A DNA stretch of 33,533 nucleotides from a virus (Duplodnaviria > Caudoviricetes). Shown piece after piece: positions 1 to 7,958 of the stretch. Below the pieces are notes generated by a model. It did not search any database, had not been told where the DNA came from, and saw only the letters and a list, made by a program, of their open reading frames with translations. Made by a program: the position numbers and the translations under genes. The stretch lies in the IMG/VR virus record IMGVR_UViG_3300025838_000091, positions 1 to 33,533 of that record; one strand, written 5' to 3'. Within the stretch, counting starts at the first letter, position 1. Each line of letters begins with the position of its first letter.

Positions 1-1
1 T

Positions 2-1273
2 CGTTGGTGGGTGCGTCCGTTAGTTGGGACGATTGTTGCTGGCGCAACGACGATTACAAGCGGCACCGGAGCGGGAACGTCTACTGCGGTGACGACAGGT
101 GAATCGCTGTTTTCAAACCTGTACTCCCTTGGCTCACCACTTCAAGCTGGCACGCAGCTATACATCAGCCAAGGTGCTAACACCTTGGTGCCGAGCTACT
201 GGCCTACTGGTCACGTCGATTTAGTTATTCCAGTTAAGCGGTCTGGCGCAATGCTTAACTCTGGGCAAGTCACCGTTTACGCGCGCGAGTATGGAAACAC
301 GTTTAACGTTTACACAATTGACCTGAGCTTCGGTGGCAGAAACCCGGTCCCGCTTTCAACGTCGGTTGACACATCAATTGTTGACTCTGCCGCAACCGTC
401 TCTGGATGGACAACTGTACCGAATTTGACGTATGGAACAGTATCCAAAAATCTGAACAACGGCAATGGGGCAAAATCCTACGATCTCGTTATTGACTGCG
501 CCGGACTTCCTGTGCTGAAAGTATACGAGTGGCTGCAATATCAAGCCTCTCGCGGCAAAACAGCGACGACCTATACCAACGGTACCCAAGGCCAGTTTTA
601 TCTCGGTCTGACCGGGTATACGCCTCTGCCAACTGCGCCGTTCGGTACGTTTGCCGGTGGAAAGTTTTTTGCCGCGCAGGGGATTTGGTTGCAGAATATG
701 GCGACCGCAGACATCCAGAATTACCAGCTGACAGCTGACGATGCAACGACTCAAACACCGCCAAACACTCAATACGTGACCGTTAGCTCACTTGTTGCGG
801 GCGATCAGGTATTGGTGGCCCGCACTTCCGGATCTGGAAGCACAGCCATTAACACGGCTCAGTACACGCTAGCATCGTCTGGTAATGGGATCGGAAGCGG
901 TACCGTAACAGTCAATGGGTCGATTAGCTCTGACGAGCCATCATCCGGTACGCTGCGAATTAAAAACGCAGCCGGTACTTATGACCGTTACTCGTATACA
1001 AGTTGGTCTGGATCGACGTTTACGCTGTCAGGAACTCTGAGCGCAGCCTACAACAATTCGAACATGTTTGTGCCTATCATCGACGCAACGGCAACGGGTA
1101 CGAGTATCACTACATCGTTAATTCAATCGGTAACAATCAACGTTGTAATTCGAGTCCGTAAATACGCATCTGGATCTGGAAATTCAATCCAGCCATTTGA
1201 AACGGCGGGAACTATTACTCCAACTGGTCTGTCTGTATCTGCTATACGGACGACTGACACAATCGCAGTTTAA
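2..1273 (+). CDS. Virion structural/tail-associated protein, Thr/Gly/Ser-rich; probably 5'-truncated by the window edge
   Basis: Frame is open from position 2 (before the GTG at 11). Beta-rich T/G/S composition; sits just before the lysis region, where tail genes end. Confidence 0.6.
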   Translation, partial: RWWVRPLVGTIVAGATTITSGTGAGTSTAVTTGESLFSNLYSLGSPLQAGTQLYISQGANTLVPSYWPTGHVDLVIPVKRSGAMLNSGQVTVYAREYGNTFNVYTIDLSFGGRNPVPLSTSVDTSIVDSAATVSGWTTVPNLTYGTVSKNLNNGNGAKSYDLVIDCAGLPVLKVYEWLQYQASRGKTATTYTNGTQGQFYLGLTGYTPLPTAPFGTFAGGKFFAAQGIWLQNMATADIQNYQLTADDATTQTPPNTQYVTVSSLVAGDQVLVARTSGSGSTAINTAQYTLASSGNGIGSGTVTVNGSISSDEPSSGTLRIKNAAGTYDRYSYTSWSGSTFTLSGTLSAAYNNSNMFVPIIDATATGTSITTSLIQSVTINVVIRVRKYASGSGNSIQPFETAGTITPTGLSVSAIRTTDTIAV

Positions 1274-1284
1274 GGACTGAGAAA

Positions 1285-1722
1285 ATGTCATTCTCCTTTG
1301 ACCATGTAAAGAGTCTGATTAACGTTGACCCCTCACAAACGTCTGTCGATTGTCAGGCTCTTTACAGCGCAATCTCGCAACATCAAGCGAGTGCTGGAGG
1401 GGTTATTTATGACAAAATCGCAGTCGCCACAGGACTCAACCAGCTCGGCCCAAACGTTCAAACGGGTATCACCGTCGAACTATTGGGGGATTGGCAACTC
1501 AAATTCGCTGACGGGCAATATGTCGCCTCAGTCCTCGCCGGAAATCTCATCGGAGGACTCAACGGCGATCCAATCGCATACAGCGCCGGTGTCCAAGTCC
1601 TCTTAGTGCAGTCCGCATCGTCGACGGTGGTTACATCGTCATCGAGCGGATTGACTGACGCGCAGGCTGCCCAGCTGTCATCGATTCAAAATAACTCTGC
1701 GCTTATTCCCGCTCTTTTGTAA
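1285..1722 (+). CDS. Hypothetical protein, probably virion-associated
   Basis: 145-aa ORF with AGGA RBS 11 nt after the previous stop; followed by a terminator. Confidence 0.6.
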   Translation: MSFSFDHVKSLINVDPSQTSVDCQALYSAISQHQASAGGVIYDKIAVATGLNQLGPNVQTGITVELLGDWQLKFADGQYVASVLAGNLIGGLNGDPIAYSAGVQVLLVQSASSTVVTSSSSGLTDAQAAQLSSIQNNSALIPALL

Positions 1723-1744
1723 AACAGACCGTATATCAACGAAT

Positions 1745-1766
1745 GCCGCCTTTGGGCGGCTTTTTT
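1745..1766 (+). terminator. Rho-independent terminator
   Basis: GCCGCC-TTTG-GGCGGC followed by TTTTTT. Confidence 0.8.
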
Positions 1767-1780
1767 ATGAGCTGAATATT

Positions 1781-2944
1781 GTGATCCTCGACGTTAGGCT
1801 AAAAGAGTTTGGAACTTCTCAGCAAGGCGAACGTCTTGACGCGGTAAATAAATATGGGACATTTCTGGCGGCAGCGAAAGCGCTTGGCGTGTCCAGGACT
1901 GCAATCAGTCAATCGATTGACATCCTGAGGCGAAATGCGGCGCTTCGCGGATATTCGCCTTTGCACGATATGACCAAAACCGTGCCCGATGGTTTCAAGG
2001 TCAAAGGTGTAAGCACCTATTACGACAAGGACGGAAAAACCAGAGGTCAGTGGGTCAAGTCAAGCGCAGACGAAGAGCGGCGGCAGCAAATTATCAAAGA
2101 CACGTTTGTTGCTATGGCAAGTGAGTTGCCTCGCATTGCTCCAAGCGTTGCGCCGAAGGTAAGTATTGATGCGCTATGCAATTTATACACGCTCACCGAT
2201 ACCCATGTCGGAATGCTGGCGTGGCACGAAGAGGGTGGCGCGGATTGGGATTTAAAGATTGCCGAAAAGACGCTGACCGGATGCTTTGAGCAAATGGTTG
2301 TTTCGTCCCCACCTGCAAAAGTTGGATTTGTTTCGCAGCTGGGTGACTGGTTGCATTTTGATGGCATGAAAGCGGTCACACCTACGCACCAGCACATTCT
2401 TGACGCAGACGGTCGTTTTAGCAAGATCGTACAGGTCTCTGTTCGAATGCTCAGGCGACTAGTCGATTTTGCGCTGAGCCATCACGAGAGGGTCGTTGTG
2501 TTGATGGCTGAGGGCAATCATGACCTTGTGTCCAGTATTTGGCTGCGGACAATGTTTAAGGCGCTCTATGAAAACGAGCCAAGAGTGGAAGTGATTGATT
2601 CTGCTTTGCCTTACTACGTCTATGAGCATGGAAAAACAATGCTTTGTTTTCACCACGGGCACTTAAAAAATAAAGATAGTTTGCCGCTACTTTTTGCCGC
2701 GCAGTTTCCCGCAACGTGGGGTGCAACGACTAAACGATATTGCCACACTGGTCACCTGCATCACTTGGACGAGAAAGAACACTCGGGAATGATCGTGACT
2801 CAACATCCCACGTTGTCGGCTAGAGACGCGCACGCGGCTAGGGGAGGTTGGATAGCCGAGCGTCAAGTCAGCGCAATCACATATCACAAGGATTTTGGTC
2901 AAGTGGCAAAGATAACGATCACTCCTGAAATGCTATTGAAATGA
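1781..2944 (+). CDS. N-terminal HTH fused to calcineurin-like metallophosphoesterase
   Basis: HTH-like 'FLAAAKALGVSRTAISQSI'. Metallophosphoesterase motifs DTH, LGDWLH, GNHD, HHGH and GHLH. Confidence 0.8.
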   Translation: MILDVRLKEFGTSQQGERLDAVNKYGTFLAAAKALGVSRTAISQSIDILRRNAALRGYSPLHDMTKTVPDGFKVKGVSTYYDKDGKTRGQWVKSSADEERRQQIIKDTFVAMASELPRIAPSVAPKVSIDALCNLYTLTDTHVGMLAWHEEGGADWDLKIAEKTLTGCFEQMVVSSPPAKVGFVSQLGDWLHFDGMKAVTPTHQHILDADGRFSKIVQVSVRMLRRLVDFALSHHERVVVLMAEGNHDLVSSIWLRTMFKALYENEPRVEVIDSALPYYVYEHGKTMLCFHHGHLKNKDSLPLLFAAQFPATWGATTKRYCHTGHLHHLDEKEHSGMIVTQHPTLSARDAHAARGGWIAERQVSAITYHKDFGQVAKITITPEMLLK

Positions 2945-2973
2945 AACTTAACTTTTTATTAAAGGTCTCACAA

Positions 2974-3306
2974 ATGGATTGGGCAACCGTAATACCACTA
3001 ATGATTTTTGTTGGAACCCTTGTGACTTCCGGGTTTGCCTATTTGTGGCTGAGAGCGGAGAAAAACTTGGATAAATTGTTGTCTGGCCATGACGATGATA
3101 TTTCATCGCTAAAAAGGGAACTAGGCGAGCATCGACTTCATGTGGCCGAGTCATACGTCACGCAGAGCGAGCTAGCCCGCACAATTCAAAGCTTCGAGAA
3201 AACCGTCGAGCGATTGCTCGATGCAATTAATCAAATGTCTCGTGATTCTAAAGAGGCATTTGCTGAGCTGCATCGTCGTATTGATGGCAAGGCAGACAAA
3301 CAATGA
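2974..3306 (+). CDS. Membrane-anchored coiled-coil protein in lysis module (holin/antiholin-like)
   Basis: One N-terminal TM helix (WATVIPLMIFVGTLVTSGFAYLWL) plus a helical coiled-coil; ATGA overlap with the endolysin. Start may be 2941. Confidence 0.55.
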   Translation: MDWATVIPLMIFVGTLVTSGFAYLWLRAEKNLDKLLSGHDDDISSLKRELGEHRLHVAESYVTQSELARTIQSFEKTVERLLDAINQMSRDSKEAFAELHRRIDGKADKQ

Positions 3307-3758
3307 CGCCACAAGAGTTTGTTTCTGCAGTAGGCAAGGCTGCGCGGCAGTCGATGGCGTCTACAAATATTCCGGCATCGTTTGTTGTTGCTGATGCTGC
3401 GCTCGAGAGTGGGTGGGGCAAATCTTTATTAACCGTGCAGGGATTTAACTTGTTCGGCGTAAAAGCAGATTCGTCTTGGAAGGGCGCAACCCTTACCATG
3501 CAGACCAGAGAATTTTTAAACGGCCAATGGATTATGGTTCCCGCTTTGTGGCGCAAGTACCCGGACTGGCTCGCTTCAATCAATGATCATGCTCAGTTTC
3601 TGCTTACAAATGCAAGATACAGCGGTTGTTTTTCGCACAAAGATGGGATTGGATTTGCTCAGGCCGTACAGTCGGCTGGATACGCAACCGATCCTTTATA
3701 CGGTGAAAAAATAATCTCAATCATCAATCAGTACAAGCTGTCCAATCTGGACGATTAA
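3303..3758 (+). CDS. Endolysin, GH73 glucosaminidase (FlgJ-like)
   Basis: Motifs ALESGWG (catalytic Glu), NLFGVKA and GYATDP. Confidence 0.9.
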   Translation: MTPQEFVSAVGKAARQSMASTNIPASFVVADAALESGWGKSLLTVQGFNLFGVKADSSWKGATLTMQTREFLNGQWIMVPALWRKYPDWLASINDHAQFLLTNARYSGCFSHKDGIGFAQAVQSAGYATDPLYGEKIISIINQYKLSNLDD

Positions 3759-3778
3759 CAAATACTCAACCGATCAAC

Positions 3779-3801
3779 AACCGCCTACGGGCGGTTTTTT
3801 T
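3779..3801 (+). terminator. Rho-independent terminator
   Basis: AACCGCC-TACG-GGCGGTT followed by a T-run. Confidence 0.75.
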
Positions 3802-3814
3802 ATGGGCGCTCGAT

Positions 3815-4174
3815 ATGTCAATAATTAAACATTTAGTTGATGCCGCACAAGGCAAACATCCCCTCGGTACAGCCCGCTCCGGCAAGTGGCCGACTGTTCG
3901 CAAAAATTATCTGGCTTTGCATCCAGTCTGCGAGGTCTGTGGCGGCAAAGAAAAGCTAGAAGTGCATCACAAAAAGGTCTTTCACCTTAATCCACAGCTT
4001 GAGCTTGACCCAAACAACCTGATCACCCTTTGCGAGTCAGGAGCAAACGGCATCAATTGCCATCTCGCGGTTGGTCATTTGGGAAATTTCAAAAGTTTCA
4101 ATCCAAGCGTCGAGGCAGACGCAAAAGTTATTCGCGCGCGAATTCAAAACCGTCCAACTTCAGCTAAGGAGTAA
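3815..4174 (+). CDS. HNH endonuclease
   Basis: CEVC...LEVHH...NLITLC...CH pattern. Confidence 0.85.
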   Translation: MSIIKHLVDAAQGKHPLGTARSGKWPTVRKNYLALHPVCEVCGGKEKLEVHHKKVFHLNPQLELDPNNLITLCESGANGINCHLAVGHLGNFKSFNPSVEADAKVIRARIQNRPTSAKE

Positions 4175-4176
4175 CC

Positions 4177-4377
4177 ATGCAAGATAAAAAAAACTGGCCG
4201 CTGTTTTTGTCCATTTTGATTGCGTTTTCAACTTGGGCTGTATTTTGTTATTTGCAGCCACAAGCCGCTCCTATATCTGACCTAGTGTCAACTATCAAGC
4301 TATATCTTGCGGGCGCTGGGGCGGCGTTTTTGGCCTTGTATCAGCCTCCGAAACCACCATCAGGCGGTGCATCGTGA
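4177..4377 (+). CDS. Small two-TM membrane protein, holin candidate
   Basis: 66 aa with two hydrophobic segments, AAGGAG RBS, inside the lysis module. Confidence 0.55.
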   Translation: MQDKKNWPLFLSILIAFSTWAVFCYLQPQAAPISDLVSTIKLYLAGAGAAFLALYQPPKPPSGGAS

Positions 4378-4700
4378 TTCGCGCTCTTCTAGCCGGGCTT
4401 TTGATTGCCTGTTTATCTGGCTGCGCAAATCTTTACGCAGGAATAGCCGAGTATCGGGTGACTCTGTTTTATGACCCCGGCGCGCAAAAGTGGGAATGCT
4501 GTACGGCCGAGGTTATCTCCGGCAAAAACGTAGCTGGGTTGACTTTTCACATCACCAAGCACGGTGACGACTGGGATGTTTCTTTGGTCGAACAGGCCGT
4601 AAACGGATCTCAAGCGATTCAGAGTTTTGCAGAAAGCGTTGCAAACACAGCTGGCGACATCACCAAAGCGGCCATCGATGCCGCACAACTTATCAAGTGA
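4374..4700 (+). CDS. Lipoprotein
   Basis: Signal peptide MIRALLAGLLIACLSG|C with LSGC lipobox; GTGA overlap with the previous gene. Confidence 0.7.
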   Translation: MIRALLAGLLIACLSGCANLYAGIAEYRVTLFYDPGAQKWECCTAEVISGKNVAGLTFHITKHGDDWDVSLVEQAVNGSQAIQSFAESVANTAGDITKAAIDAAQLIK

Positions 4701-4707
4701 GGGTTTT

Positions 4708-5085
4708 ATGAAAAAGCTAATTTTATTGGCAGTTTTAACGCTGTCTGCGTGCACGACCGCACAACAACAAACCGCAACATCCAGCGCGGCTCAGGCTCAA
4801 AAACTGCTGGCTGCGGCCTGTCCACAAATCAATGCGGCGATTGCTCAATTGTCTGCGCTTCAATTGCCAGATCAAGTCCAGGCTGATCTTAATGCGGCCA
4901 ATCCTATTGTTCAGTCCGCATGCTCTGTGAGCGGTCAAGTGGATGCGACCAGCGTTAAAGCGCTTGGCATTACCGCGATCCCAGTCATCATTTCGGCAAT
5001 CCAAGCTTCAAGTATGAGCGACACGGCAAAACAAGACATTACGTTGGGTCTGGATGCTGTTTCAGTTGGGCTGGCTTTGCTATGA
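4708..5085 (+). CDS. Lipoprotein, Ala/Gln-rich helical, hydrophobic C-terminus
   Basis: True start is the ATG at 4708 (GAGGG RBS): MKKLILLAVLTLSA|C lipobox. Confidence 0.75.
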   Translation: MKKLILLAVLTLSACTTAQQQTATSSAAQAQKLLAAACPQINAAIAQLSALQLPDQVQADLNAANPIVQSACSVSGQVDATSVKALGITAIPVIISAIQASSMSDTAKQDITLGLDAVSVGLALL

Positions 5086-5870
5086 AACAGGTGCGCCTAG
5101 CCTTGTCGGGGTCGGGATTTCTCGCCCCAATTCATGCAGGCGCGGTCTGCTCTCTTATGGATAACGGCGTTGAGATTGTCGAGCTATCCGGATCGAGCGG
5201 CGGATCCATCATTGCCGCATTGGTTGCGATCGGCATGGATGCCAAAGCAATCAAAGACTTGGCTATGTCTGATATTCCTAAAGGGATTATCAGTTTTCAG
5301 CCGCTAGCATTGCTCAAGAAAGCGTACAACTCGGGCGAGATTTTGCATAAATGGCTTCAAGACGTAATCGGCGGTCATACGTTTGCCAGTGCAAAAGTGC
5401 CCGTTACGGTAATGGCGACCGACATCGAGGCCGGAAAGCCGTATGTCTTTAACCAAAGCCTGACCCCAGACGTGCAAATTGCTGACGCTTGCCGAGCCTC
5501 TGCGAGCGTGCCGTTTGTCTGGCAGCCAGCAATCGTGAATGGCCGCGCACTGATCGATGGCGGGACCTGCAATAACATCCCTGTCGATCAATTGATTGAC
5601 GACAGCACGCCTCGAGTCGGCATTCAAGTAAAAGATGGTTCCGGATCTGGCAAAATCGACACAGTATTTCAATTCGCTGGGCAGGTTTTAAGCACCATGC
5701 TCGATGCGAATGAGGGAAACATTGACGTCTGGGCTCAGCGCACTGGCGCAAAAATTGTCGAAGTCAGTGCGGATCCCTACGGTTTCTTAAATCCAAACCT
5801 GACCACGGATGAGAAAACCGATCTGTTTAGTCGCGGTTATTTTTCGGTGACGACGAAACTTTTAGCTTAA
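5082..5870 (+). CDS. Patatin-like phospholipase
   Basis: LALSGSG glycine-rich loop, GSSGG nucleophile elbow, ASASVP and DGG catalytic motif. Confidence 0.9.
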   Translation: MKQVRLALSGSGFLAPIHAGAVCSLMDNGVEIVELSGSSGGSIIAALVAIGMDAKAIKDLAMSDIPKGIISFQPLALLKKAYNSGEILHKWLQDVIGGHTFASAKVPVTVMATDIEAGKPYVFNQSLTPDVQIADACRASASVPFVWQPAIVNGRALIDGGTCNNIPVDQLIDDSTPRVGIQVKDGSGSGKIDTVFQFAGQVLSTMLDANEGNIDVWAQRTGAKIVEVSADPYGFLNPNLTTDEKTDLFSRGYFSVTTKLLA

Positions 5871-6060
5871 ACAGCTCCCACAATCCCGGGTGCATTCGAC
5901 GATCTCCGGCTTCCCATTGCTGCCACGCGCGACACGTCGAATAAACGACGTGCGCAGCGGACGTTTGAGTCAGCCCGACCTGCTCGCGTTTGGTGCGAAT
6001 CTCATCTGGTGTTGGATTTGAATGCGGCCCTTTCGAACCACGGTTAGGATGATTAGCCAT
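5827..6060 (-). CDS. aca10: XRE HTH regulator, Aca10-like anti-CRISPR-associated repressor
   Basis: GLTQTSAA...WQQWEAGDRRMHPGLWELF is nearly identical to the Aca10 C-terminal half as I recall it. Last gene of a small operon with a palindromic operator. Confidence 0.75.
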   Translation of the reverse strand: MANHPNRGSKGPHSNPTPDEIRTKREQVGLTQTSAAHVVYSTCRAWQQWEAGDRRMHPGLWELFKLKVSSSPKNNRD

Positions 6061-6526
6061 TTGTAAAGCAATCTCGCAAAATTTTCACTGACTCAGGTTT
6101 TTTGTCGATGGCTTCAATTGCTCGCACCTCAAAAACAATATCTTCGTTTGGGGCAGTGTTGTTTGCTGTTTGTTCAATCCGCTGAATCCAAATATCGTGA
6201 TTTTGATTTGCAAAGTCACGCACCACCGACTCTAGCCACTGCATCATTTGGTCTTTGCCGATTTCGGTAAGTGTTAGCCATTTTGAATCTGCACTTTCGT
6301 CTGTAATTTTGCACTCGCGTAACACAATCTGTGCAGTGAATTCGTTGTTGATCGGCGCGCCATCACAATCCACAACCGATTTTGTTGTGCCGTCATCGAC
6401 GATGCCAAACATTTCGTTATTAAAAGTTTTGTTTGAGCCGTAATCTGTGCCGCTGAGCGTGAACCAGTACGTTGTTGCTCCATCCATCGAATTGTGGTCT
6501 TTACTACTAAAATTTGCTGTAATCAT
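6053..6526 (-). CDS. Candidate anti-CRISPR: AcrIF18-like N-terminal domain plus unknown C-terminal domain
   Basis: SKDHN.DGATTYWF...EMFGIV...VVDCDGAP resembles AcrIF18 as recalled (SKDQN.DGTTTYWF..ETFGVV...VVDCDGAP). Acidic (26 D/E vs 14 K/R); directly upstream of the aca10-like gene. Confidence 0.65.
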   Translation of the reverse strand: MITANFSSKDHNSMDGATTYWFTLSGTDYGSNKTFNNEMFGIVDDGTTKSVVDCDGAPINNEFTAQIVLRECKITDESADSKWLTLTEIGKDQMMQWLESVVRDFANQNHDIWIQRIEQTANNTAPNEDIVFEVRAIEAIDKKPESVKILRDCFTNG

Positions 6527-6543
6527 TTTATTTTCCTATCCGT

Positions 6544-6563
6544 TGTTCTCGATGTGCGGTTGT
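6544..6563 (-). repeat. 20-bp leader motif, copy 2 (ACAACCGCACATCGAGAACA)
   Basis: 17/20 identical to 6880-6899; ends 17 nt before the ATG at 6526. Confidence 0.8.
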
Positions 6564-6564
6564 T

Positions 6565-6861
6565 TTAGATATTAGATAAAACAACATTGTTGATTTCTGC
6601 AATTTCATTTTTCATTAAATATAGCGGAGCACAAATATCTGATAATTCACAGCCCGCCATCAATGCGACCTCGTTTCGAATCGCGCGCTGCTCTCTGCTG
6701 CTCAATTCCGTATCAATCAGAGCGTCAGCGATCGCCTCGTATGCAACTGCGTTTACCATTGATTCTGGATTCTCGACTGCTGCCCATTTGAATCCGCCAG
6801 CACCGATTGATTTGCGAACGATTGCTACTGATTCGTTAAAAATTTTAGTTGCGTTTGTCAT
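6565..6861 (-). CDS. Small acidic hypothetical protein, candidate anti-defence/anti-CRISPR
   Basis: 98 aa, 13 D/E vs 8 K/R, AAGGA RBS; first gene of the aca operon. Confidence 0.55.
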   Translation of the reverse strand: MTNATKIFNESVAIVRKSIGAGGFKWAAVENPESMVNAVAYEAIADALIDTELSSREQRAIRNEVALMAGCELSDICAPLYLMKNEIAEINNVVLSNI

Positions 6862-6879
6862 TTTTCATTCCTTGGCCCC

Positions 6880-6899
6880 TGTTCCCGAGGCGCGGTTGT
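6880..6899 (-). repeat. 20-bp leader motif, copy 1 (ACAACCGCGCCTCGGGAACA)
   Basis: 17/20 identical to 6544-6563; ends 18 nt before the ATG at 6861. Confidence 0.8.
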
Positions 6900-6916
6900 C
6901 TGTGTTGACAATTTAA

Positions 6917-6944
6917 ATTATACGCTCATTGTTCGTATTTGCAA
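6917..6944 (-). promoter_or_regulatory. Sigma70 promoter of the acr-aca operon with an inverted-repeat operator in the spacer
   Basis: -35 TTGCAA (6944-6939), 16-bp spacer, perfect -10 TATAAT (6922-6917). Palindrome ATACGCTCA-T-TGTTCGTAT at 6920-6938 (7/9 arm match). Confidence 0.8.
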
Positions 6945-6977
6945 GTGCTTTTTGCAATTATTTTCTAGGTATTTTCT

Positions 6978-7958
6978 TTAATGTCTGATTCTGGCCGCAA
7001 TCTGAGAAGCGCTCGGGTTGTAATACGTCATCGCTTGGGCTGGATTGGACCAGCCGAACATTTTGCACATGTCTAGCACATCCATACGCGGCGCAAGCCA
7101 AGTCGCAGCCGTGTGTCGGCTATCGTGAAACGTAAAACCCTCTAGCCCGGCTCGCGCTCGAGCACGTCTAAAGAGTGCGTCCAGCGTTTCTTTTTTGAGC
7201 GCAAAAACGGATGTCGAATCAAACCCCCGCATTTTCGCAATGAGCCTTGCAGCCTTCTTGGTGATCGGCACGTCCCTTGGTTTTGTCTTGGTAATCGGCA
7301 AAATCACATAGTCTGGCCGGACGCAAGCCCAATTCAATCCTGTCAATTCCCCCGCCCGCATCCCCGTTCTAAGCGCCAGCAAAAAACATACAGCCACGCT
7401 CTGAGTAATAGAGCGAACCGGTCCACCGTACTGCAGAGCCCTAAGCATTTTTCGGATCTGGCTCGACGTGATAACCGTCGTTCGATGCTCTGGTGACTTC
7501 GGCTTGCGCACGTCGCGCATCGGGTTTTCTGCAATCCAGCGCCATTCTCGTCTGGCTACCTCAAAGACGCCACCTAATAATGAACACTCGCGAATCACGG
7601 TGCCTGGACTCGTGGCCGCCAGCCGAGCGTCACGCCACTTGCCCAGCTCGTCTGGTGTAAAGTTACCGAGCAATCGACTGGCACTTAGATTTTCGTCGCG
7701 GATAAACGCTTTGATCCTGACTTGTTCCCATTTGTTACCGCGCTTAGTCGGGGAAATTTCTAGGGCATAGCGTTCGAGCGCGGCCTTGAGCGTGTACTTG
7801 GTGCCAATCGGTTTCTTGTTCTCGGTGCGTAATTCTGTTTCTCGCGCAGCTCCCCACGATTCGGCCTCTCGTTTGGTGCGGAACACCTGAGAATCGCGCA
7901 CTCCTTTGACGTAGACCTGTGCTCGGTAGCCTGTCTTGGTCTTGGTAACGGATGACAT
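6978..7958 (-). CDS. int: Tyrosine recombinase/integrase
   Basis: TGMRAGEL (catalytic R), TKT (K), FHDSRH (HxxR), FGW and MTYY (Y); adjacent to attP. Confidence 0.92.
   Translation of the reverse strand: MSSVTKTKTGYRAQVYVKGVRDSQVFRTKREAESWGAARETELRTENKKPIGTKYTLKAALERYALEISPTKRGNKWEQVRIKAFIRDENLSASRLLGNFTPDELGKWRDARLAATSPGTVIRECSLLGGVFEVARREWRWIAENPMRDVRKPKSPEHRTTVITSSQIRKMLRALQYGGPVRSITQSVAVCFLLALRTGMRAGELTGLNWACVRPDYVILPITKTKPRDVPITKKAARLIAKMRGFDSTSVFALKKETLDALFRRARARAGLEGFTFHDSRHTAATWLAPRMDVLDMCKMFGWSNPAQAMTYYNPSASQIAARIRH

Noticed and set aside
1781-5870. CBASS-like defence operon (patatin effector plus phosphoesterase)
   Set aside because: There is no CD-NTase or other cyclase, and the genes are embedded in and coupled to the lysis module.
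6544-6899. Leader repeats as solitary CRISPR repeat units (RNA anti-CRISPR, Racr)
   Set aside because: They lack the GTT...GAAA(C/G) ends and the length of type I repeats as I know them. They are kept only as a leader motif, though a repeat-database search would be a cheap check.
6905-6933. Plus-strand TTGACA as a rightward promoter
   Set aside because: There is no acceptable -10 at 16-18 bp and no plus-strand gene downstream.
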